Source of the DNA: a virus
DNA: 64,000 nucleotides
Direction: 5' to 3' (one strand)
IMG/VR virus record: IMGVR_UViG_3300021519_000916
Span: 64,001-128,000 of that record
In this document: positions 45,886-55,986 of the stretch, in pieces
How the letters are laid out: each line of letters opens with the position of its first letter
Position numbering within the stretch: the stretch's first letter is position 1
Position numbers and translations under genes: made by a program
Notes under the pieces: generated by a model
The model's database searches: none
Seen by the model: only the letters and a program-made list of their open reading frames with translations
Told to the model about the DNA's origin: nothing

Positions 45886-46942
45886 ATCCTGGTATCATCA
45901 TGTTAATTTGTTGTTCGTAGTAATCTTGGTCGGCCCACGTGTAGTCAAATGTTGCTGTTGTATCACCGGCTGTAATTTGATATATGTCAAGATAGTTACT
46001 CAGTATAGGCCATACCATTTTAAAATCTCTTGTCCCAAAACTAGTTTGTAAATCAACTTGCCCAACTGGGTGATATCCATAGTTATATTTTGTATCTAGA
46101 GGATCAAATCCGTTGCGTACTAGCCATTCACGAAAGCCAGACATTTCTTTAGTGTGCCACGGATGCGGACCATTGAATACAACATCCTGTGCCCATTCTA
46201 TATCAAATTCCCCACTATATAAATGTAAATGAGTAATAGCATCGCACGTAGCATCATCAATATCTACCCCTTGTTCATCGCGGTATACTTCGTATAATGT
46301 CTTGCCAATCTGTGACCAATGCAAATACACTTCACCAAACTTTCTATCAAATCTAGTTTCATCAAACGTTGTTTTAAGTTCCGCAGGAAACTCTAACCGT
46401 TGTACATTTAAAAATGTTGTAATTTGGCTTGGGCGCACCCATTCAGGCAATTCTCGTTGCTTACGCTGACTTAACATTAAACTCTCTGCTTCGTGGCATA
46501 GATTGTTTAATTGACGTATGGCAAATTTTGTTTGATAGTCTGCACGTTTGTACCAGTCGCTTAAATTCTCTACTGTTCCTTGTAAATGCTCAAACCTATT
46601 GTGTAACAAATTCATAGCAGGTTGATTTGGTGCCAGAGTTTTACTATTACGCATAAAGTATGGAGTATATACTTCATCTATGTAATAATCTTCTTTATCA
46701 AAAAAACTGTTGATTTGATTGCAGGCCCAGTTTAATTCGTCGCATATAAAATCAAGATTACGGGCACTATCTGGAAATCCTAAAAAGCAAAAGTTCTTCT
46801 CTAAATATTTATTTTGCCTAAGTATATCTTGTAGTGCTGTGTACCAATTATTGGCCATTGGTGTATCGTTGACATCAATTATGTAGGTGATCTGATCTTG
46901 TTTGTCTAAGGGGTTACGTAGTACAACATTAACGTGTTTCAT
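45866..46942 (-). CDS. Hypothetical protein
   Basis: ATGA-coupled; N.LH..FE and LN.LCHE.E motifs suggest metal binding. Confidence 0.7.
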   Translation of the reverse strand: MKHVNVVLRNPLDKQDQITYIIDVNDTPMANNWYTALQDILRQNKYLEKNFCFLGFPDSARNLDFICDELNWACNQINSFFDKEDYYIDEVYTPYFMRNSKTLAPNQPAMNLLHNRFEHLQGTVENLSDWYKRADYQTKFAIRQLNNLCHEAESLMLSQRKQRELPEWVRPSQITTFLNVQRLEFPAELKTTFDETRFDRKFGEVYLHWSQIGKTLYEVYRDEQGVDIDDATCDAITHLHLYSGEFDIEWAQDVVFNGPHPWHTKEMSGFREWLVRNGFDPLDTKYNYGYHPVGQVDLQTSFGTRDFKMVWPILSNYLDIYQITAGDTTATFDYTWADQDYYEQQINMMIPGYDYSSR

Positions 46943-48228
46943 ATTGAGTTCCACCATTCTAAGACTTGCGGTCGTTCAGCTAATATATCACTCATAGTAT
47001 ATACATCTTTACGTATTTGTTCAAGTTTTAAAATACGTTCTTTGCCACGTATCAACCCATCTTGATATTCATTGGGCCATTGTTCAGCAAAAGTAGGTCT
47101 AGTTTTAAGTTGTACCAGTATGTCATATAGAGCTCCTTTATCAATGGAGTGCTTAATTTCGTCTAGCCAAGGATGTAATATTTCCCGGGGTAGTGCCAGC
47201 GGTGACATAACAATATCCGGACTAAAACTAAACACTACTTTTGCCAGAACATCAACACCTAACTCTTGGGCGAGCGATTGTATTTTTTGTACTTCAAAGA
47301 GTCCCGGTGTAGTAAGAGTGAAGTCCATACGCATCTGGCGGCGGTGACGGCTGTGTTCAACTCCCTGACGGAAGTTTTCAAGCCACTGATCAAAATCAAG
47401 ACCTGATCTAATATACTCTCCAATTCTTCCCGTTCCGTCGATACTCGCGCAAATCTGCCAGTCACGAATCCCAGATAGTATGTCCCTGTACAAATTAATA
47501 CCACGATAATCAATCCTACTAAGATTTGTATTGTATCTAGCGTAAACATTTTGTCCGTCCCCAAGTTCGATAATACGTTTCATATACCGCCAATGCTGTT
47601 CGTACATTAGAGGCTCACCACCTACCCAATACACCTCTTCGATTCGGTGCTCCTCAACAGCCTGGGCAAATTCTTGCTCAACTTGGGTATCTTGAAAACG
47701 TTCAATGTCTTTTTTGATCTTGGGTATCATCCAGTTGTTTTTTGGATTAGAGTAGTCAATCATATCGTGCTGGCGTTGCTCACTTTCCCAGGCACTAGAT
47801 AACATATCACCACACATACGACATTTAAAATTACAGAGATTACTAAAACGATAATCCCAAGACACCGGCTTAACGGTTGTAAAACCATCACTAGTAGTAT
47901 TTGCCATTGCGTCTAAGTACTTATGCCCAAAGAGCTGGTTAAAATAACTACGGTAAACATCGGTATTCAACAGTTTATCATTACATACTTCGCACTCGGG
48001 TAATTTTTCGCCGGACATCATGCGTTTTCGTACGGAGCGCATATGGTCACCGTTCCAGTGTTCGTCCAGAGTGATAGGTATATACTTGCCAGAACCGGCG
48101 CTGGTGTCGATATACTGTTGAAAGTTTTGAGCAGGCTCCCGTGACGCACAACACATACGTCTTTCTGTTTGTGGACTCAAGTAAGTATGAGTCCACGGTG
48201 CCATGCATAATGTAGCTGGCCTATCCAT
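46939..48228 (-). CDS. Radical SAM protein with N-terminal twitch/SPASM-like domain
   Basis: CNFKCRMC, VGGEPL, YNTNL; N-terminal C..PW...CC...C..C. Confidence 0.92.
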   Translation of the reverse strand: MDRPATLCMAPWTHTYLSPQTERRMCCASREPAQNFQQYIDTSAGSGKYIPITLDEHWNGDHMRSVRKRMMSGEKLPECEVCNDKLLNTDVYRSYFNQLFGHKYLDAMANTTSDGFTTVKPVSWDYRFSNLCNFKCRMCGDMLSSAWESEQRQHDMIDYSNPKNNWMIPKIKKDIERFQDTQVEQEFAQAVEEHRIEEVYWVGGEPLMYEQHWRYMKRIIELGDGQNVYARYNTNLSRIDYRGINLYRDILSGIRDWQICASIDGTGRIGEYIRSGLDFDQWLENFRQGVEHSRHRRQMRMDFTLTTPGLFEVQKIQSLAQELGVDVLAKVVFSFSPDIVMSPLALPREILHPWLDEIKHSIDKGALYDILVQLKTRPTFAEQWPNEYQDGLIRGKERILKLEQIRKDVYTMSDILAERPQVLEWWNSI

Positions 48229-49174
48229 TTACAAATTCCAATATAGGATTAACGATATCATTAGTGAATCTACGATTCACTTCTTGTTCGTTGTAGAACC
48301 AATTATGATTATGCTGTAGCTTTGACCATGTTGTGGCATCGTAGCCTGTTCCGTTATAATTCTTTACCTGTTTGTGTACTAGTTTAATTCTGTCACTTGC
48401 TGTATCGTAACTCTCATCAAACAAATTATCGTATGTGGTAAACCCAGCATCTTTAAGTAGTGCCAGGGTACCTCTACAACCTAGCATTAAAAATGGATGT
48501 TGCAATGCCAGTGGCTTCATTGTTTTTTCTGTAACGAATATTGTGCCCGGTGTAGTAAACATCTGCGATTCAACTGCGACAGAAAGTTGTGTCTGGTTAT
48601 ACCAGGCTGGGTTTATATAACGATCCCACCGTTGTGCTGTGTTGCTGTCACCGGGCATTCTGATACCTCGCTCAACATAACTATAAAAACTATCTTCTAA
48701 AATATCATCAAATACAGTAAGTATGTCGTCTCTAAAAGGTCTTACTAAATTCATCATTAGCAAGAACTTCTTTTTAAACTCTAGTTTCCTAGAAATAGTT
48801 TTGTAGTTATTAAGTTTATGTTCGTAATACCAAAAGTACATTGGTACTTCTATTATCCCTGCTGTTGGCTTTTTAGTCTTGGCACATATAAACTGTAATA
48901 CATTTTCCTGCGAATGTGTCATACTAGGTTGCATCTCTTGAAGATTTTCAAATACTACCAAGTATCCAGCATCTATTAATTCGTCTATAACAACTTTGTT
49001 TTTATTATTGTATTGATATGAATCGCTAACAAAGACCGTTGATGCTTTATCATATCTAGTATGTCTATCAAAAAACGAAAAAGTAAAGTGCTGGTCTATG
49101 ATACTGCGAAAAGCCGGCAGAGTTAATTGCGTATAATTATCGTAGTCCCAAAATCCAACTAAGTTAACTTTCAT
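48221..49174 (-). CDS. Glycosyltransferase-like protein (GT10-like C-terminus)
   Basis: VAVES...TEKTMKP...HPF, GF.TY..LFDESYD. Confidence 0.6.
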   Translation of the reverse strand: MKVNLVGFWDYDNYTQLTLPAFRSIIDQHFTFSFFDRHTRYDKASTVFVSDSYQYNNKNKVVIDELIDAGYLVVFENLQEMQPSMTHSQENVLQFICAKTKKPTAGIIEVPMYFWYYEHKLNNYKTISRKLEFKKKFLLMMNLVRPFRDDILTVFDDILEDSFYSYVERGIRMPGDSNTAQRWDRYINPAWYNQTQLSVAVESQMFTTPGTIFVTEKTMKPLALQHPFLMLGCRGTLALLKDAGFTTYDNLFDESYDTASDRIKLVHKQVKNYNGTGYDATTWSKLQHNHNWFYNEQEVNRRFTNDIVNPILEFVNG

Positions 49175-50381
49175 AACCCATGGCCTTTGCTATTTCTGGA
49201 TGTGTAGTTACCAGGCTTTGTTTTCTAAATTCATCAGATCTTTTCATTTCAAATAAAAACTTACTGCCATCGCCGGTATTACCATTTTTAATAAACTGCA
49301 CAATGCGATCAATTTCTAATTTGTGTTTAGGTACAAAGTTACCGGACTCTAATTTTGCTATAACTAAATCTTTTGCCGCTTGTGTCATTGTTCCAATGTT
49401 TTGATGTTTTGGATCATGTAACATATTGAAGTAATCGTAATTGAAATTTTGTCGTGATACCCACTGACATAGTTCTTCTAAGTAATAAACATTTTGTGTA
49501 TTAATAGTCATGCATACCTGTGTAGTTATATTAGTCACACTATTACGCAATGCTTGAAACTTTGCTATGTTTGTTTCTACTTCGTCCCACTTGGCACCAA
49601 ATCGTTCGTATTCAAATCGTGCGCCCACATTGTCAATACTAAATGCTATTTCAACATACTTAAACTCTTGCCATAAGTGTATATACTTGTCGGGCCATTG
49701 TGTGCCATTGGTGTTGTAGTGTATTTCTATGTTTTTACTGTATCCTTGATCCACAGCATATTGTAGTAGCTCAAAGTGCTCGGGAATCATAAACGGTTCA
49801 CCACCAGTGAATTCAAAGTAACGAACTTGGGGTAGCATCTCTTTCATGTCGTTCCAAAACGTGTCGCTATTTTTATTGCGTGGCCATTGCCCTTGCTGTA
49901 ACCAAGTGTAGGCTATGTGTTGCTTACGATCAGGAACGTGTTTGATATAGCCCATTTCTTCTTGAGCCCATGAACTACTGGACCATGATCCGCATATACG
50001 ACATTTTAAATTGCAAATATTACCTAATTTTAAATCAACAAACCAAAGTTGATCCGGGTTATCGTTTGCAAAATCTACATTGACTATTTCGTGCTTGAAT
50101 CTAACTTGCGTGTGCATACGTTTACTAGTACGGCCAGCATCTTCTTCTTCCCAACATCTTTTGCACGTTTCTGGTTTTTCTCCGGCACGGAATTGTTTAC
50201 GTAGATCTTGCATATACTCACTACGATATATAGTACTCAATGTATCTACGTTTAGGTCGTACTTCTCACCATTGGGCTTGGTGATTTCATCTGTGGCTAA
50301 ACAGCAAGGACGTACAGATCCAATTGGACTAGTTTCTATACTAATCCACGGTAACATACAAATTGTCTTAGGTAGGGGCAT
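49164..50381 (-). CDS. Radical SAM protein with N-terminal twitch/SPASM-like domain
   Basis: CNLKCRIC, TGGEPF, YNTNG. Confidence 0.92.
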   Translation of the reverse strand: MPLPKTICMLPWISIETSPIGSVRPCCLATDEITKPNGEKYDLNVDTLSTIYRSEYMQDLRKQFRAGEKPETCKRCWEEEDAGRTSKRMHTQVRFKHEIVNVDFANDNPDQLWFVDLKLGNICNLKCRICGSWSSSSWAQEEMGYIKHVPDRKQHIAYTWLQQGQWPRNKNSDTFWNDMKEMLPQVRYFEFTGGEPFMIPEHFELLQYAVDQGYSKNIEIHYNTNGTQWPDKYIHLWQEFKYVEIAFSIDNVGARFEYERFGAKWDEVETNIAKFQALRNSVTNITTQVCMTINTQNVYYLEELCQWVSRQNFNYDYFNMLHDPKHQNIGTMTQAAKDLVIAKLESGNFVPKHKLEIDRIVQFIKNGNTGDGSKFLFEMKRSDEFRKQSLVTTHPEIAKAMGYES

Positions 50382-51684
50382 ATTTTTTTAGGTCAGTTAG
50401 TTCGGGGAATACTTTAAAGAAATCTTCGTTACGTACTCTGTCTATAGTATTATTATTTCTAAAGAAGTCCGGTAATTGATTGGTGCTATCCTGTTGCATC
50501 ATAAAATTAATAACACCCTTGTATCCACTGGTTGCCCGTGTCAACGAATCCAAGGGCTCTAACCAATTGATATGTTCTTCTAGTTTGGCTTTTGCTTGTT
50601 CTTTTAGGTGTTGTGGTAACACGTCAACTCGATATCGGAACGGGTGCTGTAGTATATTAATGTTCCAGTCCATTGGACGTAGTAAGCCAAGTTCAACCCA
50701 CTCTCTATGAAAGTCTGTGATGTGTAATACATTCATCATGCTAACTGTGCTACTAACATAGAAATCAACGTTGGGACAAATCTCCAACATGCGTTCTCTA
50801 TTTTCCACAGTTTCTTTCCAGTCTTGCCCTTTGCGTATATATTCCCCACGAGTATAGCTACCATCTAAACTGGCACCCACACTAACACAGTCAAACAGTT
50901 TCCACATTTCAAGTACATCGCGACCTTTAAATTTAAGTTCGCTAAAGTTTGTATTATAAATTAAACGAACATGAAACATTTCTCGTTTAACTAACTCATC
51001 TAATACTTTCCAATGTTCTTTCATAATAAGTGGTTCACCACCTGCCCAGTATATCTGTTCAAGGTGAGGAATATGCTCTTGCATCTGTTCCCACATATCA
51101 TTTTCGTTCTTGCCAGCATACATAACCATTGGGTGCTTAGGATCCCATCCTGCGGCCTTTTCGTCTTTATACCAATTGCTACTAAAGATACTGCCACAGG
51201 TACGACATGCAAAATTACATAAGTTACTAAAACGAATATCGTAGTAACGTAATTTAAAATCATCGTATTGTCCATCAGGCTTAGTATCATCTACTAACCC
51301 AACTAAGTGACCAAAGTTTTTATTACTACTCTCTCGCATACTGAATAAATTACTTTGTTCCTGCTCGTAACATTTAGTACACTCTTTGCAAGGCTTGTTA
51401 TCAAGCATATTAGCCCGCATTTGTTTTAGCGGATCTTGATTCCATATCTCTCGCATGGTGTTCTTTTTTAAGTCACCAATTGGATGCTGTGGTTCACTTA
51501 AACAACACGGATATGCACGACCATCAGGAAAGCCATGCATATGAATCCACGGGATCATACAAAATTGGTCGCTTTTAATTAGCCTATTAAGTTGATCGGG
51601 TCGTAGGTCTTCTTCCTTGATGTATACCGGTTTGCGGGCACCGTAGTTATAGTTCTTATAATAATTTTCTATCTTATCTGTCAT
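50368..51684 (-). CDS. Radical SAM protein with N-terminal twitch/SPASM-like domain
   Basis: CNFACRTC, AGGEPL, YNTNF. Confidence 0.92.
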   Translation of the reverse strand: MTDKIENYYKNYNYGARKPVYIKEEDLRPDQLNRLIKSDQFCMIPWIHMHGFPDGRAYPCCLSEPQHPIGDLKKNTMREIWNQDPLKQMRANMLDNKPCKECTKCYEQEQSNLFSMRESSNKNFGHLVGLVDDTKPDGQYDDFKLRYYDIRFSNLCNFACRTCGSIFSSNWYKDEKAAGWDPKHPMVMYAGKNENDMWEQMQEHIPHLEQIYWAGGEPLIMKEHWKVLDELVKREMFHVRLIYNTNFSELKFKGRDVLEMWKLFDCVSVGASLDGSYTRGEYIRKGQDWKETVENRERMLEICPNVDFYVSSTVSMMNVLHITDFHREWVELGLLRPMDWNINILQHPFRYRVDVLPQHLKEQAKAKLEEHINWLEPLDSLTRATSGYKGVINFMMQQDSTNQLPDFFRNNNTIDRVRNEDFFKVFPELTDLKKYAPT

Positions 51685-53030
51685 AATGAATTGTACCAAC
51701 TTTCTAATCTAGGAAATGTTTTCACAAAGTTTTTATTTCGCCGTTGATCGTACTGTACATAAAACTTTTTAAAGTCTTGCTGTAACATTGATTGTTCTGC
51801 TGATCCGGTGTGTGGAGTTTTAACTACATCAAGATAATCAATAAGTCGTTGTAGTTGGTTAAGTTCCATTTGATGTAGGAACTCGTTATCCTTATTGGCA
51901 TCAAACCAAACTTGTAAATTATTTTTGTATTCTGTGCGTATATCGTCGGGTAATACCAAGGGACTTTGGAAACTAGGAAAACGCAATATGTTTAAAGAAA
52001 AATTAGGAAAGTCATTTCCATTCTCTTGTTTCCACTGTACTATAATATTGAGTAATGTAGGCAAGCTATCCAGACACAATGCGTTAATGGTACACATAAC
52101 ATGTAGGCCGCGCAATTGATTACTTTGCATTAGCTTCTCCATATTATCTGCCCAATCTTGCCATACTAAGCCATCACGTATATACTCGGCCTGTAATCCT
52201 GATGCTTCGTTGCTGGTGTATAAATCAAATTCAACGTCACGAGTATTTTTAAGTAGTCTATCTACATCAACGTCGGTTCCAAGATTACTATTAATTGCTA
52301 GACGTGTATTACTACGACCCTTATTGGTTTTAAACCAGTCCAATAATTTCCACGTGTGTCCCGACATTAGCGGCTCACCACCTGTGATTCTTAATTCTTG
52401 CAATGTCTTATGTAAGTCGGATTCCCACCATTTAAAGAACGCTTCGATGTAGGGGTTAACTTCGTTTATCTTAAAGAGCTGACTGCTATCATGTGGATGG
52501 GTAAAGTGATTACGGCCATCTGACACTAACTCTGTGTATGGTCCGTTTTGTTTAATATCTTTTACCCAGGTAGTTGAGAAAGCTGGGTTACAATAACTAC
52601 AAGCAAACTGACAGGTACGATCAAACGCAATTTCTAAAGTTTTAAGATTAAAATCTTTGCTTGCTGGTGTGCGGTATGCTTCTTGTAAATCTTTGTCATC
52701 ATATATAACTGTCTTATACACTCTGTCACTTATATTGTCTCTTCCGATATCTTCGATCTTCCAACAATATTCACATCCGCTAGGTCGTTCACCCTTTTGC
52801 ATTTGCTCACGTTCCATCTTTTTACGTTGAGTATTGTGTAATGCACTTGGATTGCTTTTAATGGCATCAATGTCTATCGCGTGTGGCAATGGATGATGGC
52901 AACTGGTCGTCTGACCAGATCCTAACCATATAGTGGCATTGTACCATTTGGCCGCGCAGAAACTATTAGATTTAACATCTATTACTCTACGTTTATACTC
53001 TAGGTCGGTTTCGTTATTAAGTCTCGGCAT
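51681..53030 (-). CDS. Radical SAM protein with N-terminal twitch/SPASM-like domain
   Basis: CQFACSYC, TGGEPL; N-terminal CAAKW..SCHHP..CEYC. Confidence 0.92.
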   Translation of the reverse strand: MPRLNNETDLEYKRRVIDVKSNSFCAAKWYNATIWLGSGQTTSCHHPLPHAIDIDAIKSNPSALHNTQRKKMEREQMQKGERPSGCEYCWKIEDIGRDNISDRVYKTVIYDDKDLQEAYRTPASKDFNLKTLEIAFDRTCQFACSYCNPAFSTTWVKDIKQNGPYTELVSDGRNHFTHPHDSSQLFKINEVNPYIEAFFKWWESDLHKTLQELRITGGEPLMSGHTWKLLDWFKTNKGRSNTRLAINSNLGTDVDVDRLLKNTRDVEFDLYTSNEASGLQAEYIRDGLVWQDWADNMEKLMQSNQLRGLHVMCTINALCLDSLPTLLNIIVQWKQENGNDFPNFSLNILRFPSFQSPLVLPDDIRTEYKNNLQVWFDANKDNEFLHQMELNQLQRLIDYLDVVKTPHTGSAEQSMLQQDFKKFYVQYDQRRNKNFVKTFPRLESWYNSL

Positions 53031-54478
53031 TGTTCTAATTCCGGTATATAGTCCACTAGTATAACATCTCTTGATGCATCTAGTCTATCATTAAATTCAA
53101 AAAACTGTGTTAGCTGTAAAATATTTGTGTCTGAATTTTCCATTTGCGTAATTGCACTATCAATTTGACTCTTAAAAACTTCATCCTTTTGGTATGTTTG
53201 TAATTCTTTTATCTTAGTCAAATTTGTAACAGCCAATTTCTTGTTGGGGAAGTTCCAGGGACGTTGACTAATTGGATCTATTAGAAAACTAATATCGTAT
53301 CTAGATGCTGGATAGGTATTTTCTAAAAACTCAAATATTGAATATAGCTGTCCTACGTTGTATATAGAAACAACCGTATTAAAGGTAATTTTTCCATTGG
53401 TGATATCATATAATGTTTTTATGTTTCTAGTGAACTTATCCCACTTAATTGGCCATCGTATATATTGGTTAGTATTGCCATATCCATCAATACTAATTTC
53501 AAATTTTAGATTTGAAAACTGTTTTACCAATGTTATAAACTTATCACTAACCACAGCGGCATTGGTATTGATAACTATTTCAAAATCTGTTTTGTTTGCG
53601 TTTATACATTTTTGTAAAAAATCCACCAATGTGTTCTGTATAGTTGGCTCGCCGCCTGATACATATATACGCTGTACTGTTTCTAAGTTAATTATATCGT
53701 AATTGGTTTTTGGTGTATAACCAACATCGTGCCCTATTAGATTTATCTTAAAATACTCTCGTGCAATTAGATTACTAGTGTATGGGTTACAACTACGACA
53801 CAATGCGTTACATTCGTTATTAAGTCTAATATCATAATCAACTATGGATTGCTGTATTATGTCGTCTGGTGATTTTAAATTTAATTTGTTGGCCCAATTA
53901 ATGGTATACGTCTGGCGTGGACTAATTACGCCCTGGTCGTCAAGATTATAACAATATTCACAGGTACTTGCCCGGACACCATCAATCATTTGTTGTTTAA
54001 CTGCATCAATATCTATCGTGGTCGTTTGAAGGAATTTATTGTTTTCCATAAAACAACAACTTTTAATTTTATCTTCTTTTTTAAATACTGACACAAACGG
54101 CATGGCACATATACTTTTGTTTGTTGTTACCAATTGTCTAGCAGGATTACTCATTTTAGGATTTATAAAATCCACCGTTGCTATACGTTCAACCCCGTGT
54201 GCTAAATTAATAGTAGTATAATAATCATTGATATCTTTGTATGCTGTGGCTGGTATATCAAGTACCGTTATTAAAACATCATTAAAATTTATCACATCTT
54301 TTAATTCTTGTAACTTGATATCGTATATACTTGTATGATATACGCCCGATGCTAATATGGTATTGTTGTCAAATACGCCGTGATACTTTAACCCATGCAG
54401 CTGGGCAATATCTTGCGCCAACACATCGGCATACTCAGTACCATCCCCGATACATATAATAAATTTATCGTTGAGCAT
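53000..54478 (-). CDS. Radical SAM protein with extra N-terminal domain
   Basis: CNALCRSC, SGGEPT, INTNA. Confidence 0.9.
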   Translation of the reverse strand: MLNDKFIICIGDGTEYADVLAQDIAQLHGLKYHGVFDNNTILASGVYHTSIYDIKLQELKDVINFNDVLITVLDIPATAYKDINDYYTTINLAHGVERIATVDFINPKMSNPARQLVTTNKSICAMPFVSVFKKEDKIKSCCFMENNKFLQTTTIDIDAVKQQMIDGVRASTCEYCYNLDDQGVISPRQTYTINWANKLNLKSPDDIIQQSIVDYDIRLNNECNALCRSCNPYTSNLIAREYFKINLIGHDVGYTPKTNYDIINLETVQRIYVSGGEPTIQNTLVDFLQKCINANKTDFEIVINTNAAVVSDKFITLVKQFSNLKFEISIDGYGNTNQYIRWPIKWDKFTRNIKTLYDITNGKITFNTVVSIYNVGQLYSIFEFLENTYPASRYDISFLIDPISQRPWNFPNKKLAVTNLTKIKELQTYQKDEVFKSQIDSAITQMENSDTNILQLTQFFEFNDRLDASRDVILVDYIPELEQCRDLITKPT

Positions 54479-55850
54479 GATATTTACATTCGTCCCAAAA
54501 CTCTTTCATCTGTGGGAAAGTTTCTAAAAAATTAGTATTGCGTCGGAAGTCGTGTTCATTAAAGAAACGATAAAAATCTGCACGTTGTGACTTAATATAA
54601 GAAGGATCTAACTTTTGGCCTTCTTTCATCCAATCAATATCTCTACGCATACGTTGTACTTCGTAATCTTTGAAGCCGTGAAACGGATCTTCGGGAGTTT
54701 CTAAATGCAACTCCATCCAATCCGCTACACGTTCTAATACACCAATATACACAGGCGGAAGTATTTGTAAACTTTGCCACTTAGGTTGTCGTAACAACGG
54801 AGTATCGAACCAAACACGCTGATAGGTTGTGCTGTGTGTTCTACGTAAACTTAGGATATAATCTAATTGCTGTTGTAACCCAAGCACCGATAAATTATTC
54901 ATTGTAATAATAAATGTAAGACTATTACGATAAGGAACTTCAGTTAAGTAACGGTCAACGTAAGTAAACAACCGATGAAAAGCTAACCCATGTCTAATAT
55001 ATTCGGCATGGGCAGGAATACCCGAGTCTAAACTAACATACTGCATAAAATGTTCAATTTGTGTATTACATAGGTTTTTTACATAACCTAGATACTTTTC
55101 AAACAATACAGGTTCTACACTAAAATTACTGGTTACATCTAAGTGCAATTCGGGATTAGGTAATGCTAATACATAATCAAATACTCGGTACGTGTTCTTA
55201 TCCATTAGCGGTTCCCCGCCGGTCATACGAAAGTGTTTTAGTTTTGGATAAAGGGTCGGAAACCAGGCCCAAAATGCATCAACGTAAGGATTATGTTGGG
55301 AATGTGGAATAGGACGATTACGACCAACAAAATGACTGGGATCGTTATGAGTTGTACTCGTCGGGAATCCCCCAAACTTGTCCACTTCTCCTTGCCAGCT
55401 CGAACTAAACTGGGGACTGCAATAACTACATTTAAGATTACACGCATGGTTAAAGTTAACCTCGACGTATGACGGAATAACGTCCTCTTCATTTCCGGTG
55501 CTTGATCGAATAAGTTCATAATCTCCAGCCGCCCACGGCTCTCCTGATCTATAATGTCTATCGCTTAGGTTACCTAAGTCCTCTTGTGTCCAACAATAGC
55601 TACACTCCTGGGGTCTTTCATCCTTTAACATAATAACACGTTGCGCTTTCTTGTGCTCTGTGTTATGTAGTGCTCCAGGATTATCTTTTAATATACTTGC
55701 ATCAATTTGATGTAAGGGAGGATGGTAACAGCTATTATTTAACCCCGTGGGCAAATGCAGACTCACTTGTTTCCACTTGGCCAAACATAGACCCTTGCCA
55801 AGTTTAGCCTTCATTTGCTCTGCAGCCAACATAAAATCGCTTTTACTCAT
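54465..55850 (-). CDS. Radical SAM protein with N-terminal twitch/SPASM-like domain
   Basis: CNLKCSYC, TGGEPL; N-terminal CLAKW..SCYHP..CSYC. Confidence 0.92.
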   Translation of the reverse strand: MSKSDFMLAAEQMKAKLGKGLCLAKWKQVSLHLPTGLNNSCYHPPLHQIDASILKDNPGALHNTEHKKAQRVIMLKDERPQECSYCWTQEDLGNLSDRHYRSGEPWAAGDYELIRSSTGNEEDVIPSYVEVNFNHACNLKCSYCSPQFSSSWQGEVDKFGGFPTSTTHNDPSHFVGRNRPIPHSQHNPYVDAFWAWFPTLYPKLKHFRMTGGEPLMDKNTYRVFDYVLALPNPELHLDVTSNFSVEPVLFEKYLGYVKNLCNTQIEHFMQYVSLDSGIPAHAEYIRHGLAFHRLFTYVDRYLTEVPYRNSLTFIITMNNLSVLGLQQQLDYILSLRRTHSTTYQRVWFDTPLLRQPKWQSLQILPPVYIGVLERVADWMELHLETPEDPFHGFKDYEVQRMRRDIDWMKEGQKLDPSYIKSQRADFYRFFNEHDFRRNTNFLETFPQMKEFWDECKYHAQR

Positions 55851-55986
55851 GTGATCCTTGTTGCTATTAATTTTGCGTAGGCTTCATTTGCCTGCTCGTT
55901 AATGTACACTTAGTTATTTCTTGGAGATAATAAGGCCACGAGTCTGCACCCCTGCTCATTGATGATCCGTTTACTAGTATATTCAT
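55847..55986 (-). pseudogene. Internally deleted SGNH-like gene remnant
   Basis: MNILVNGSSMSRGADSWPYYL joined out of frame to YINEQANEAYAKLIATRIT*; ATGA overlaps kept at both ends; 140 nt. Confidence 0.65.
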
